From: Sarea resinae
Taxonomy: Eukaryota
DNA length: 64,000 nucleotides
Reading direction: 5' to 3'
Assembly (NCBI GenBank): GCA_026026165.1
Contig: JAPEUD010000032.1
Location: forward strand, 62,001-126,000
Below, piece by piece: positions 1-11,689 of this stretch. Position 1 is the stretch's first letter. The number at the start of each line of letters is the position of its first letter. The position numbers were made by a program, and so were the translations under genes. Under the pieces are notes generated by a model that had not been told where the DNA came from, did no database searches, and saw nothing but the letters and a program-made list of their open reading frames with translations.

Positions 1-241
1 GATCCGTTGAACTGTGCTGCAAGTCAGTAAACAATTCAGCATCAAGAGAAAGGAAGAGAGGCGGACGTACGGCTGCTGTGGGCGTTCTGGCCGCCGACAG
101 GATATACGCATCCTGGAGCTCTCGCCTCGGCGCCGTCGTGGCACTGAAATGTCTCTGGACCTGCCTCAGGCGGAGCTGCGGTGCAGACGTCATGCCTCGT
201 TCCAGTCGTCGCAGGACAGTGTTTGAAGCCATGCTCGACAT
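1..241 (-). CDS. Acetyl-CoA acetyltransferase (thiolase), probably mitochondrial; 5' part only
   Basis: Not in the ORF track. Manual translation from ATG 241 (or 232) gives MSSMASNTVLRRLERGMTSAPQLRLRQVQRHFSATTAPRRELQDAYILSAARTPTAA, then a GTACGT...CAG intron (70-12), then FNGS. 'AYILSAARTP..FNGS' is the thiolase N-terminus, and the Arg-rich leader resembles a mitochondrial presequence. Confidence 0.85.
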   Translation of the reverse strand, partial: MSSMASNTVLRRLERGMTSAPQLRLRQVQRHFSATTAPRRELQDAYILSAARTPTAAVRPPLFLSLDAELFTDLQHSSTD

Positions 242-1343
242 TATTGGGAGAGATGGAGAGGAAGGGCGAGGGTGGTTGTCAATTGCAAGCGATGGTAGGG
301 AGCTGCGTGCTAATAATCAATATATACTCCTTAGCCTCGGGTGGGTTCGCTGAGGGCGGAAGGCAAGGACCGGAGCGAGCAGCATAGGTAAGCATGAGGG
401 TGGGTGTGGGTGTGTAGGCGTGTGGGCGCATGGGCGTGGGAGGCCATGCCGGGCTCTGTCTAAAGTTAGTCCGTCCGGCAGATGGATGGATGTGCTGTGG
501 AGGAGTGGAGTGGAGGTGGTGGGGGAACCATGGGGAAAGCTGGAGCTTGCTGGGGAAGCCTGCTAGGCGGAGGGCGGAGGGGGTGGAGGCGGGGAGAGTG
601 CTACTTGTTCGAAGTACCTAGGGGTCGAGGGTGGTGCTCCGGAAAAGAGAAAAACCCGTGAAGAGAAGTACTTCGTACCTGGACCGGAAGAGGGAGAGGA
701 TCAGCGGGAGACCATCATTGCATTCTACGTAGTTGATTCCTCTTGCCGGTCACGGGAAATGGAGGTGACCGCCTCCTGCCTCCTGTTCCACTCCAAGCGG
801 AGAAATATCGGGGCGCTGCACGGGACAGCGGGGCACAGCGGGGCAAGCCACGGCAAGTCAATAACTACATAAGTTGCTGACCAACTGGCCAATTCAGGCC
901 AGCCCACCTTGGACGGCCAGCTACATACTCCGGAGTAGTACTCGAGTAGAGCTCGAGTGCTTGACTCGTGGAGTCGTGGGCCAGACGAGTCAGTACCAGG
1001 AGTACGCACTACCTGATGGGTATGGTACTCGGAGTACACCGTAGGCTGACTCTGGCCGCCGCCAGTGCCTTCGAGGTATCTGATACCCGCAGAGACCCGC
1101 ACAGCTCCACCACGGCCAGAAGTACTGGCGACCTCTGACCGTACTCCCTTATCGTGCCGGGTCCCTACTCCGTACTATCACCATCATCAGAGAGCGTTCT
1201 CGTTGCCCTCATTGCCCTCACCGTTCTCACTGTTCTCACACCTCCATCCTACAAATCTCTTCCTTTTCACTTTGCTTTCGGCTTCTTCACCATTTGCCTT
1301 GCTCCTCTCCACCAAACACTCACTTGCTTAAAGGCCTTCCATC

Positions 1344-2084
1344 ATGTCTACATCAGCACGCCGTCGCCTCATGCGCGATTTCAAGGTCTGTACTATCCTC
1401 ACATGCACATCGCCACACGAAACCAATCCGATGAGGCGACGATATTGAATGCGACCAGAGGATGGGATTGCAGTTCCCTCCCTTTCCGATTCGCCGCATC
1501 CGATCACGATCCCGTTGCTGACATCTCCGTTTGGTAGCGCATGCAAACCGATCCCCCCGCAGGCGTTTCAGCGTCTCCCATAGCCGATAATGTCATGACC
1601 TGGTATGCGACTCTATTCTTGCTAGACTTTTATTGTCTGTTCTAGAGATGCTCATACGCTCTACCTTAGGAATGCCGTGATCATCGGACCCGCCGATACA
1701 CCTTTTGAGGATGGCACCTTTCGATTGGTCATGCACTTCGAAGAGCAGTATCCCAACAAGCCGCCAGGCGTGAAATTCATCAGTCAGATGTTCCATCCGA
1801 ACGTCTACGGGACCGGGGAGCTGTGTTTGGATATTCTTCAGAATAGGTGGAGTCCGACTTATGACGTGGCGGCCATCTTGACCAGCATACAAAGGTGCGA
1901 TTGGCATGCTTTCATGAATGACGACGACGAGATTGTCAGTACTAACAGCCAGTTCCGCAGCTTGCTGAACGACCCTAATACGTCTTCCCCGGCCAACGTC
2001 GAAGCCTCCAATCTCTACAAAGACAACCGCCGAGAATACACCAAGCGGGTAAGGGAAACGGTAGAGAAGAGCTGGGACGACTAG
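1344..2084 (+). CDS. RAD6: Ubiquitin-conjugating enzyme E2 Rad6/Ubc2 (uvsJ/mus-8 type)
   Basis: Exons ~1344-1385, 1538-1602, 1670-1894, 1961-2084. Reads [28 protein letters not shown]...[25 protein letters not shown]...VEKSWDD, with the catalytic Cys present and no acidic tail. Confidence 0.97.
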
Positions 2085-3021
2085 GCTTCACGACAATCTT
2101 CATTCGGGCTCCTGGGAAAGGATTGGCCGGTCTCGCGGAATAACACGGTTCTTGTGCCTTCACCGAACCATCGTCGGACCCAACGGAAGCCCGAAGAGCA
2201 TGCCAGATAATTACGATATCACGAACAACCTTTCTCCTCGGCAGGCGTGGGCTTATAGTGTGCATTTCGGGGCGTCAATGTTGAGGTCGATTACTGATTG
2301 TAATTACATGCTTGCTGCCTGGAGTTTGCAGGTTTGAAATGCATAGCCACGGATCCTATGATATCAAATATTACAAACCAATCTTCCAAAACAAGGAGTG
2401 AATTGAATGTGAATCTTCGTCGAGGTGATGTTTCAAATATCTGTTCGGGGATGCGCCACATCAGACAGTAGTGGTGCTCTACCGCAGTCGTAGCCTGTAG
2501 GACAGACATGAGGTGATCCAATTCTGCATAAGTTTCCATGTTGGGAATGGGAGGATAGAGAAAGGAAAACACTCATCACACACCTCCAGCGTAGGTACAT
2601 GAGAGTGTTACGTCCTCACACCTTGTCTGCAAGTACTCAACTCTGATGGCCGTTAGCGCGACCCGCCTAATGCCAAGCCGACACATTGAAAGTCAACCAC
2701 CCGAATCAATGTCAACAAATGAGTCTTTGGAGGACGACGTCGACGATATACGGCTGGAAGAGTGCTATTTGACGGGCGATCTTCATCTGTATATCTGCTG
2801 TAGCGGTGCATCTTAGGTTCACGCGGATCAGAGCCGATCACGACCTTCAGAGAGTCTATCGATCGCGCCTTCGCGCCCCCCTTGAACCCTAAGGAGTTCA
2901 TCTACGACCTTTGGCTCGGTGATCGGAACAGAACCCACCACAGATCTACTACCCCTAACTGCCTTTCTGGCTCTGGAAAGATATCTAGACACAAGGCTCG
3001 GACCGAGAGAGAGCCTTCATC

Positions 3022-6000
3022 ATGGCGTGAGCCACCTGCCCATTTCTGCCCTTATCGGCGGGACCCCATACTGATTGTCTCTTTTACCAGGTCTACTGGA
3101 GGGGCGGCGTACAACACCATCAAGGGTAATACCATGTCCACATACCTCGAATGCTATATACTGCCAGAAGGACCTGACTGACAAGTCGTAGTGGTGGCGC
3201 GTTTTCGGCCGCAAAACAAAGTGGAACTGGCCAGTGGGGGTGAGCCAGTCGTGGAGTTCGAGTCGGAGGATACATGTCTTCTGAATGTATGTTGCAACAC
3301 TCCTCTTACTCATTCCGTCGAAGCAACTGGCCCTCTCTATTATCATCCGTAGATTTCCAGTGCATGGATGAGTAGGTCAAATCAGGACCCCGTTGACCGC
3401 TCCCATAGTCCAAGGAAGCCAGTGGCTCCTTCACATTCGATCGCGTCTTCGATATGACCTCACGCCAAAGCGACGTTTTTGACTTTTCCATCCGTCCAAC
3501 GGTCGACGATATCTTAAATGGCTACAACGGTACCGTATTCGCGTACGGACAGACTGGAGCTGGAAAGTCGTATACGATGATGGGGTCCGACATCGATAGC
3601 GAAGACTCCAAAGGCATAATTCCGCGCATCGTCGAGCAGATATTCGCCAGCATATTGGCCAGTCCGGGCAATATTGAATATACGGTTAGGGTCAGCTATA
3701 TGGAGATCTACATGGAGAGAATTCGGGATTTATTGGCGCCTCAAAATGACAACCTTCCCGTTCACGAAGAGAAGAACAGGGGGGTCTACGTGAAGGGTCT
3801 GCTGGAGATTTACGTTTCGAGCGTGCAAGAGGTCTATGAGGTCATGCGGCGAGGAGATGCCGCTCGGGCCGTGGCTGCTACCAACATGAATCAGGAATCA
3901 TCCCGTTCACACTCGATATTTGTTGTTACCATAACCCAGAAGAATGTCGAGACTGGGTCGGCCAAGAGCGGTCAGCTTTTCCTTGTCGATCTTGCCGGTA
4001 GTGAAAAGGTCGGGAAGACTGGCGCAAGCGGACAGACACTGGAAGAAGCGAAGAAAATCAACAAGAGTTTGAGTGCTTTGGGAATGGTCATCAACTCGTT
4101 GACAGATGGCAAATCGACCCACGTTCCTTATCGCGACTCCAAGCTCACGCGTATTCTTCAGGAGAGTTTGGGTGGAAATTCCAGGACTACGCTGATCATC
4201 AATTGCTCTCCCAGCAGCTACAATGATGCGGAGACCTTGAGCACGATGCGCTTTGGCGTACGTGCGAAGTCCATCAAGAACAAGGCGAAGATCAACGCCG
4301 AACTGAGTCCCACGGAGCTCAAGCAATTGCTGAAAAAGGCTCAAAATCAAGTCACAACCTATGAGGGCTACGTCAGCAGCTTGGAGGGAGAGGTACAACA
4401 ATGGCGAAGTGGCGAGAGCGTACCTAAAGAAAGATGGGCGCCGCCTATCAGTGGAGATGGAATTGGTGGCCTCAAGGCCGACGCAAGGGGTCCCAGACCA
4501 GGCACGCCATCGAGGATCCAAAGTCCGGATACTGGAAGGACAGAGTCGAGGCCTGATTCGAGAATAGGGGAGCGAGCAAGCACACCCAGTATTATCCTTG
4601 AAAAGGACGAGCGCGAAGAATTTCTCCGCCGCGAGAACGAACTACAAGATCAAATAGCCGAGAAGGAGACTCAGATTACGACCGCGGAGAAGGGTCTTAA
4701 GGAAGCAAAGGAGGAGCTTTTGTACCTGAAGGAGCATGACGCTCGGACTGGGAGAGAGAACGAGAAGCTTAGTGGTGAAGTCAATGAACTGAAGATGCAA
4801 TTGGAGAAGGTTAGCTTCGAGAGCAAAGAAGCCCAAATCACCATGGATGGTCTCAAAGAAGCCAATACCGAGCTTACTGCCGAACTTGACGAGGTCAAGC
4901 AGCAGCTGCTGGACGTCAAGATGAGTGCGAAGGAGACGAGCGCGGTGCTAGACGAAAAGGAGAAGAAGAAAGCAGAGCGGATGGCGAGGATGATGGCCGG
5001 GTTTGAGCTTGGCGGCGAGATATTCTCGGATAATGAGAGATCTATCCGAGTCCTCATCGAACAGGTCGACGCTCTGCATGAGACTAGTTCATCAGGGGAA
5101 GCCATCGCGCCGGACGAGCTGAAGGAACTGAGGGCTAAGCTGCTAGAAACGCAAGGCATTGTACGACAGGCAGAGCTATCGCTGAACAACCAAGGCGAGC
5201 AGACCGAGGAAGAGCTCAAGCGGCGAGAAGAGCTCGAGCAGCGACTAGCGAACGTGGAGCGGAACTACGAGGAGATGCTTGAACGGAATCTGGGCGATGC
5301 TGATATCGAGGAGATCAAGGCGCGTCTGGAGAAGGCATATGCTGTCAAGCGTGAGGTACAGATCGAGATGGTGGAGAATCTCAAGCAGGATATTGCACGC
5401 AAGGTTGAAGAGAACAATAAATTGAAGGGTTCAATAGACGATCTCGAGCGGAGAGTAAAAGCCGGCGGAGTCAATGGTGCTGCGGGCGCTAATGGCAAGT
5501 CGGTCCAGCAACAGATCGCCGAATTCGACGTGATGAAGAAGAGCTTGATGCGCGATCTGCAGAACCGATGCGAAAGAGTCCGTCGTCCCCTTTACGATGA
5601 TCAATTTCTTGTCGGTGCTCACTAACTATCACTAGGTTGTGGAATTGGAAATCTCATTGGATGAGACTCGCGAGCAATACAACACTGTGTTGCGGACATC
5701 CAACAACCGGGCACAGCAGAAGAAGATGGCCTTCTTGGAACGAAATCTCGAACAGCTCACCCAAGTACAGCGACAACTCGTCGAGCAGAATAGTAGCTTG
5801 AAGAAAGAAGTCGCCATTGCCGAGCGGAAACTTATTGCTCGTAATGAGCGGATCCAGAGTCTCGAAAGCTTGCTTCAAGACAGTCAAGAGAAGTTGACGG
5901 CAGCGAATCACCGGTATGTGTGCACTCTCGCGCGAATGATTTTCGGATGCTAATTGAGAACTGCTACAGATTCGAAGCACAGCTCACGGCAGTCAAAGAG

Positions 6001-6240
6001 CGACTCGAAGCGGCCAAGACGGGATCGACGCGTGGTCTGTCTTCACCTTCAGGAGCCGGGGGCTTCAACTTTGGCGGCGCCGGATCGCGGATAGCCAAGC
6101 CATTGCGTGGCGGTGGAGCGGCCGAGACGAATGGCGGACCAAACATCCCCGTGCTATCTGGCATTCAAGCACAGGAGGCAGGTAGCGGCACGAGCACGGG
6201 TAAGAGGAGCAGCTGGTTCTTCAATCAGCGATCATCATGA
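3022..6240 (+). CDS. kinA: Conventional kinesin heavy chain (kinesin-1, KinA/Nkin type)
   Basis: Exons ~3022-3026, 3091-3125, 3192-3286, 3409-5577, 5636-5913, 5970-6240. Motor motifs GQTGAGKS, NQESSRSH and LVDLAGSE, a coiled-coil stalk, and the tail motifs RIAKPLRGG and KRSSWF. Confidence 0.97.
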
Positions 6241-7030
6241 GCTTTTTCTTTTACTCCTGTTTCATTGGCGATTTGGGCATTTGTCAATAGTTTCTCCTTT
6301 CTTGTCTTTTTTTTTGGCTCGGTTGTGAACACTCTCGTGTAGCATATCGATACCCTCCACTTGCATCGACGAGCGGGATATAGACAGCTATGAGGTCCTC
6401 TGTTCTACGGCTGAGATGGGCGTCAGTGGGTGTGGCTAGATCCTCGTACAAAGCTAGTTCTATTGTTATTGTCTGCATCATTGTGGCTGTTTATGCGCGC
6501 GCGATCTCTAAAGTGCACGATTGTGGTGAAGGATCTTGTGCTACTGATCTCTCCTAATTCCTTCGGCAGTCAATCATGAGATCGTTCGGACTGGCGGGTT
6601 GGAGCAATGGAGTCACAGCATGTCCGGTACCGGTATATGAGCCGAGAGGAGAGGAATCAGGGTTGTTGCGGCCGTGGGCCAAGGGACCGAGGTCCACAAC
6701 CCCCCTTTCCGCTTTCCGCTTTCCGCTGATTGCCCGCTGTAGCCTGTCGTAGCCTGTTCCCCGCCCGCTCGCTCTCCACCGCGGCCCCACGTTTTAGTCG
6801 GTAAACAAGAGCACAAGTATGTGTACCCGCAGAGTCGCAGAAACATGTACGTAAAAGAAGTATAGGTACTGCATCAACTGCGTCACACCCGGCGTGCTTT
6901 GTCGCTTCCCCAGCGCCGATCCCCCCGTCTACGACATCTTGACATTGAATTGGATTCTCCGTATAACCCAAACCAACCTCACTTTCGCATTCTCTCCAGC
7001 TCCATCATTCCATCCACACAGTCAATCACG

Positions 7031-8294
7031 ATGTCTTCCTCACCCTCGTCCTCATCCTCATCGGCCACTCCGGAAACGCACAAACACCACGTCCCGCACA
7101 ACAAGGAAGAGCTAGCCGCCGAGCTCAAAGAAGATGTCGCAGCGGCAACCAAATCGACGCTCTCGGGCCTACGGTCGTTTGTTGCCGGCGGCGTGGGAGG
7201 CGTCTGCGCCGTCATCGTGGGACATCCGTTTGACCTGGTGAAGGTCAGGCTGCAGACGGCGGAGAGGGGCGTATATTCGGGCGCGCTGGACGTAACGAGG
7301 AAGACGCTGGCGAGGGAGGGACTGGCGAGGGTATGTTCTGTATAAGAAACAAATGGCATTGATCAGATACTGAAAGAAGTCTCAGGGACTGTATGCCGGG
7401 GTTTCGGCGCCTTTGGTTGGCGTGACGCCCATGTGTGAGTTTCGCTTTATCCCTATTCCTACCTAACTCTCGCAATGCTAACATTCAATTTCCAGTCGCC
7501 GTTAGTTTCTGGGTAAATATCCCCACTCCTTCGCGGCATACTTTCGAAGCGAAGCCTAACCTGCTCTATTCCAGGGCTACGATATGGGTAAATCGCTCGT
7601 GCGTACCTTCTCGACCGTGCCCAACAACCAATACAGCATCGCGCAGATCAGCGCCGCCGGGTTCTTCTCCGCCATCCCAATGACAATCATCACGGCGCCC
7701 TTTGAGCGCGTCAAAGTGCTGCTGCAGATCCAAGGGCAGAAGGCGCTCGCGCCGGGCGAGAAGCCCAAATACTCGGGCGGCCTCGACGTTGTGCGTCAGC
7801 TGTACAAGGAAGGCGGAGTGCGTTCCGTGTTCCGCGGCTCGGCGATGACGCTGGCGCGCGACGGGCCCGGGTCCGCCGCGTACTTTGCCGCGTACGAGTA
7901 CATCAAGCGCCTGATGACGCCCAAGGACGCCAACGGCAATCCCAGCGGCGACCTCAGTCTCACGGCCGTCATGACGGCGGGCGGCGCCGCGGGTGTCGCC
8001 ATGTGGATCCCCGTCTTTCCCGTCGATACCATCAAGAGCCGGCTCCAGAGCGCCGACGGCCATCCAAAGATCGGCGAGACTATCAGGGGCTTGTATCGCA
8101 ATGGCGGATTGAAGGCTTTCTTCCCTGGCATGGGACCGGCCATGGCGAGGGCTGTGCCTGCGAATGCTGCTACTTTGTGAGTTTGGAACCCTTGGTGGTT
8201 GGTGGGGCTGGAACTGTGCTTGTGGCTGACTCTTAATTCTAGCCTTGGTGTCGAGCTGGCGCATAAAGCCATGACGAAGGCGTTTGATGATTAG
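7031..8294 (+). CDS. acuH: Mitochondrial carnitine/acylcarnitine carrier (Crc1/AcuH type)
   Basis: Three mitochondrial carrier signatures ([30 protein letters not shown]) plus [10 protein letters not shown] and [10 protein letters not shown]. Multi-exon, including a 17-nt exon (~7496-7512); stop TAG at 8292-8294. Confidence 0.92.
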
Positions 8295-8731
8295 ACTCGA
8301 GGATCTCATACCTGATCTACCCGACCGTGTCCCGGAAGTCATATTTTACACCTACGTATCAACTTCACCTCCACGACCTCCGACCTCTGACCTCCAATTC
8401 CGACCTCTATAACCAGAAACCCCTCATCCAACTCCCACCATGTTTCTCTACCAATGGTCCACCCTCTATCTACTGAAGTTTTCGCTCATCAAAGTATCAA
8501 TGACCGGCACATGATCTGTTCCCTCTTATCACACCTACACACTCACAAACACACACCTACATTTATACGAACAAAAATACAAGACGCAGGAATAAGACGA
8601 ACCTTCTTCTCTGACCCACATCTTCCTACATCTATATCTCCATCTAAATCTCAGGTCTCCCGGCTCGAGCGCTCATCACCCCTTGCTATTAGCTTTAGAT
8701 CAAGTCCTTTTTGGCTGGCGCGTTTCTCTCT

Positions 8732-8808
8732 ACCTGTCTCTCTGAACCTGTCTCTCTGAACCTGTCTGTCTGAACCTGTCTCTCCGAGTCTCCCTGTCTC
8801 TCTGACCC
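8732..8808. repeat. 14-bp minisatellite (AACCTGTCTCTCTG), about 4-5 degenerate copies
   Basis: acctgtctctctgaacctgtctctctgaacctgtctgtctgaacctgtctctcc... Confidence 0.85.
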
Positions 8809-9882
8809 TGCCCCTCAGACCTAACCTAAACTCGACCCAACTCAACCTGACCCGACCTAGCCTACCTCAACCCCTTCACCCCTTCCACACACCCAGCCAG
8901 CGATCCAGCCGCTTTTCTTCTCTCCCTCTCTACGTACTCTTCCTCGTCTTCCTAGTCTTCCTATCCTCTGGCAGCACTCCCTCCCCTGCGCCAGACTCTC
9001 CTACCGTTTTGTTTTCTCTGCAATGTCCTGCCGGGTATGTTTTTACTGTTCTCTTTCTCTTTCTCTCGGTCTCTCTCACTTCCCCCTAGTCATGATTTCT
9101 ACAAATTCAAGATCCCAGATCCCAGATCCCAGATCAAAAATCCACGAAAGGGGAAAAACCCCCCTAATCTAAACCCTAGATTTCGAACCCCCCAAAAAAA
9201 GAGAAAGTAGAGAAGAGATAAGAGAGAGAAAGGCGAGAGAGGGATATTGCGTTTCCATATATTTTTTTAGGTTTTGTATTTTGTTTCCCTAGCTAGGGAG
9301 GTATTTCTATATATGTATGTATGTACAGCAGGAGATCAGGCGGAGAGAGAGGGAGAGAGAGAGGGAGAGAGAGAAACGGGAGAGAGAGAGGTAGATAGAT
9401 AGATCTAACAAATGCATGCATGCACGTTGCACTTCACATTATATATGCAATACGCAAGATGCAGTACGCAATACGCCAGACGTAGAATGCAAAAGAAATG
9501 CGCGCGGCCCAAAACGGTTTACACAGATGTGATGTGATTTAGCATCATAGAAAAAGAAATCCCCCCCCCCCACCCCTGATGTCATGCCTGCGGATATATA
9601 TATATAAATATATATCCAGACCAGTCGACTGATTGATTGATTGATTGATTCATGACGCCCGAAACACCCCCTGTGACCCCTAACCCCCAAAACCCCTAAC
9701 AACACTCAAACCCCGCCCTCCCTCCCTCCCTCTCTCCCTCTAATGAAGGAGAAAAATGAGAAGTCGCTGGATTTGGACGGGTACCAGATTCGGATCCGGA
9801 TCCTACGACTGCATGAACGAACGAACGAACGAGAATGCAACACGTGATGACGAAAGTGGATTTTGAAGTCTCGAACCCCGGC

Positions 9883-9918
<36 letters not shown>

Positions 9919-9920
9919 TC
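9883..9920. repeat. (CTTT)n microsatellite directly after the GPI8 stop
   Basis: About 9 perfect TCTT units. Confidence 0.95.
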
Positions 9921-9922
9921 AT

Positions 9923-11334
9923 TCACCGCCGTCTCTTCTTCCCATCGACCCAGACGCCGACCGTCCAGGCGGCCAGCACGCCCGCTAGAGCCCAGACGCC
10001 CGTCAGTTTCTTCGTCCAGGTGTTGGACGGCTCGACTTTGAAGGCGCCGACGGGGCGGGCGCGAGCGCGGGCGGCGTTGCGGATGGTCTTTTGCTGGGAT
10101 GCCAGATTGGCGGCCGGGACGGTGGCCGAGGCCGAGGCCGACGAGGGTGGGAGAGCGGCGGCGGCGGCGGCGGCGGCGGTCGAATTGGCGGATCGCTTGC
10201 GCTCGGCTGCCATGAGCGCGCCCAGTGAGATCAGGTCGGCTTTCCAGTCCTCTTGTTCTTTGGACCGTTCGGTTGGGCTGTCTGCTGATGATGGCGACGA
10301 CGACTCGGGGTTGGCCGCACTTGCGCCTTCGCCTTCGCTGTGGCCATCGCCATCGACCTCTACGTTCTGCACGTTGCCGAAGAAATCCATAACGCGCCTC
10401 TCGCGGGCGGCCTTTTCGCCGCCAGGGAACAGGTCGTAGCGCACGCCGGGGTGCGAGTGGATCTTGGCCTCGTCGTAGCTGTCGAAGAGATCGCCCATGG
10501 TCATCTTGGACGCCGACTCGCGCACCTGCGACTCGAGGAAGTCGAGGTTGTAGTACGTGTAGCGGTCGATGACGGCGACGCCGACGTCGTTGTCTGCGTG
10601 GTGCGAGTACGACGATTGGTCGATCTCGGATGACCCCGTGGCCAGAATGTTCGGCGAGTAGAATTTGCTGTACATGGTGTTGGCCTGGCAGGTGTCGATC
10701 ATGAAGAGCATTTCGTGATATCTGATTCGGTCTCGTCAGCTGGGGCGCATGCATCTTCGAGACGGGGCCATCCCAAACGGAGGGCCTCTCAAGTACACAA
10801 AACATACCGTTTCTTCTCCCACATCTGCTCAAAGGCATCCGCGAGGTCGAATGCACTAATCTCCTCGGCATCCTGGAATTTCAAGAACTCGTTACCGCCA
10901 TGTCCCGTCATGTACACGAGAATGTTACTGCGATCGTCGGTCAACAGCCGCTTACTGCGGGGCATCTCCTCGCCGACACGGTCTGTCAGCAGTCGAATGA
11001 AATTCTCGACCGTGACCTCGTAGCCGCGGTAATCGACCTCGATATTGTCGCCGTAGAGATCCAGCGCGCGATCGGCGTTGTTGTAGACGGTGCCCGGGAA
11101 GGCGTTGCGCGGGTTGCAGGCCATGTCGTCCGGCAGCATCAGGATGATCTGCGAGTCGGGGATGCCCAGCCGCTTGACGGTTCGGTACATGGAGAGCACG
11201 TTGGCTAGATGGCGGTAATTGAACCAGAAGCGTGAGGTCGAGACCAGGACGGCCCAGTTCGACGTGTGCTCTGCGGCTGCGAGGCAGCATAGAGCTAGCA
11301 GCAAGCAGCCGCCCAGAAGGCCGCGGGCCTTCAT
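9923..11334 (-). CDS. GPI8: GPI-anchor transamidase catalytic subunit Gpi8 (peptidase C13)
   Basis: Signal peptide [21 protein letters not shown], then [20 protein letters not shown], catalytic GHGG and DTCQ, and a C-terminal TM segment followed by KKRRR. One intron at ~10722-10807. Confidence 0.96.
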
Positions 11335-11689
11335 CTTGCGCAGCCTTTTTCCAATTCTCTTGAAGCAGCTGAAAGGGAAAAATAGAAACACAAAAAACAG
11401 AGGCTAGATACCCGCAAAGTTTGAATCCGAAGTGGCGGGGAGCATCATGAGTTTGTTGATGGTGAAGGACGGCCGAGGGGTGAAGTGTAGTAGAGTAGCT
11501 TGATGATGTCGGATTGGTAAGCGAATGCCTTGGTATGCCCGTCGTATTACATCTACTCTGCGCCTGACCCGACTACTATGATTCTTTGACCATTTTCATT
11601 TCTATCTCTGTCTAAATGGACTATGTATCACGAGGTCATTGCTGCCAAACGGCCAATCCTCCCCGAATCTCGCAGTGATGCCACCAGGC

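Noticed and set aside
9696..10871. 391-aa alternative-frame ORF over GPI8, and other long shadow ORFs (7566-8342, 37536-38510, 3907-4521)
   Set aside because: Off-frame or antisense shadows of GC-rich real genes, with no recognisable motifs.
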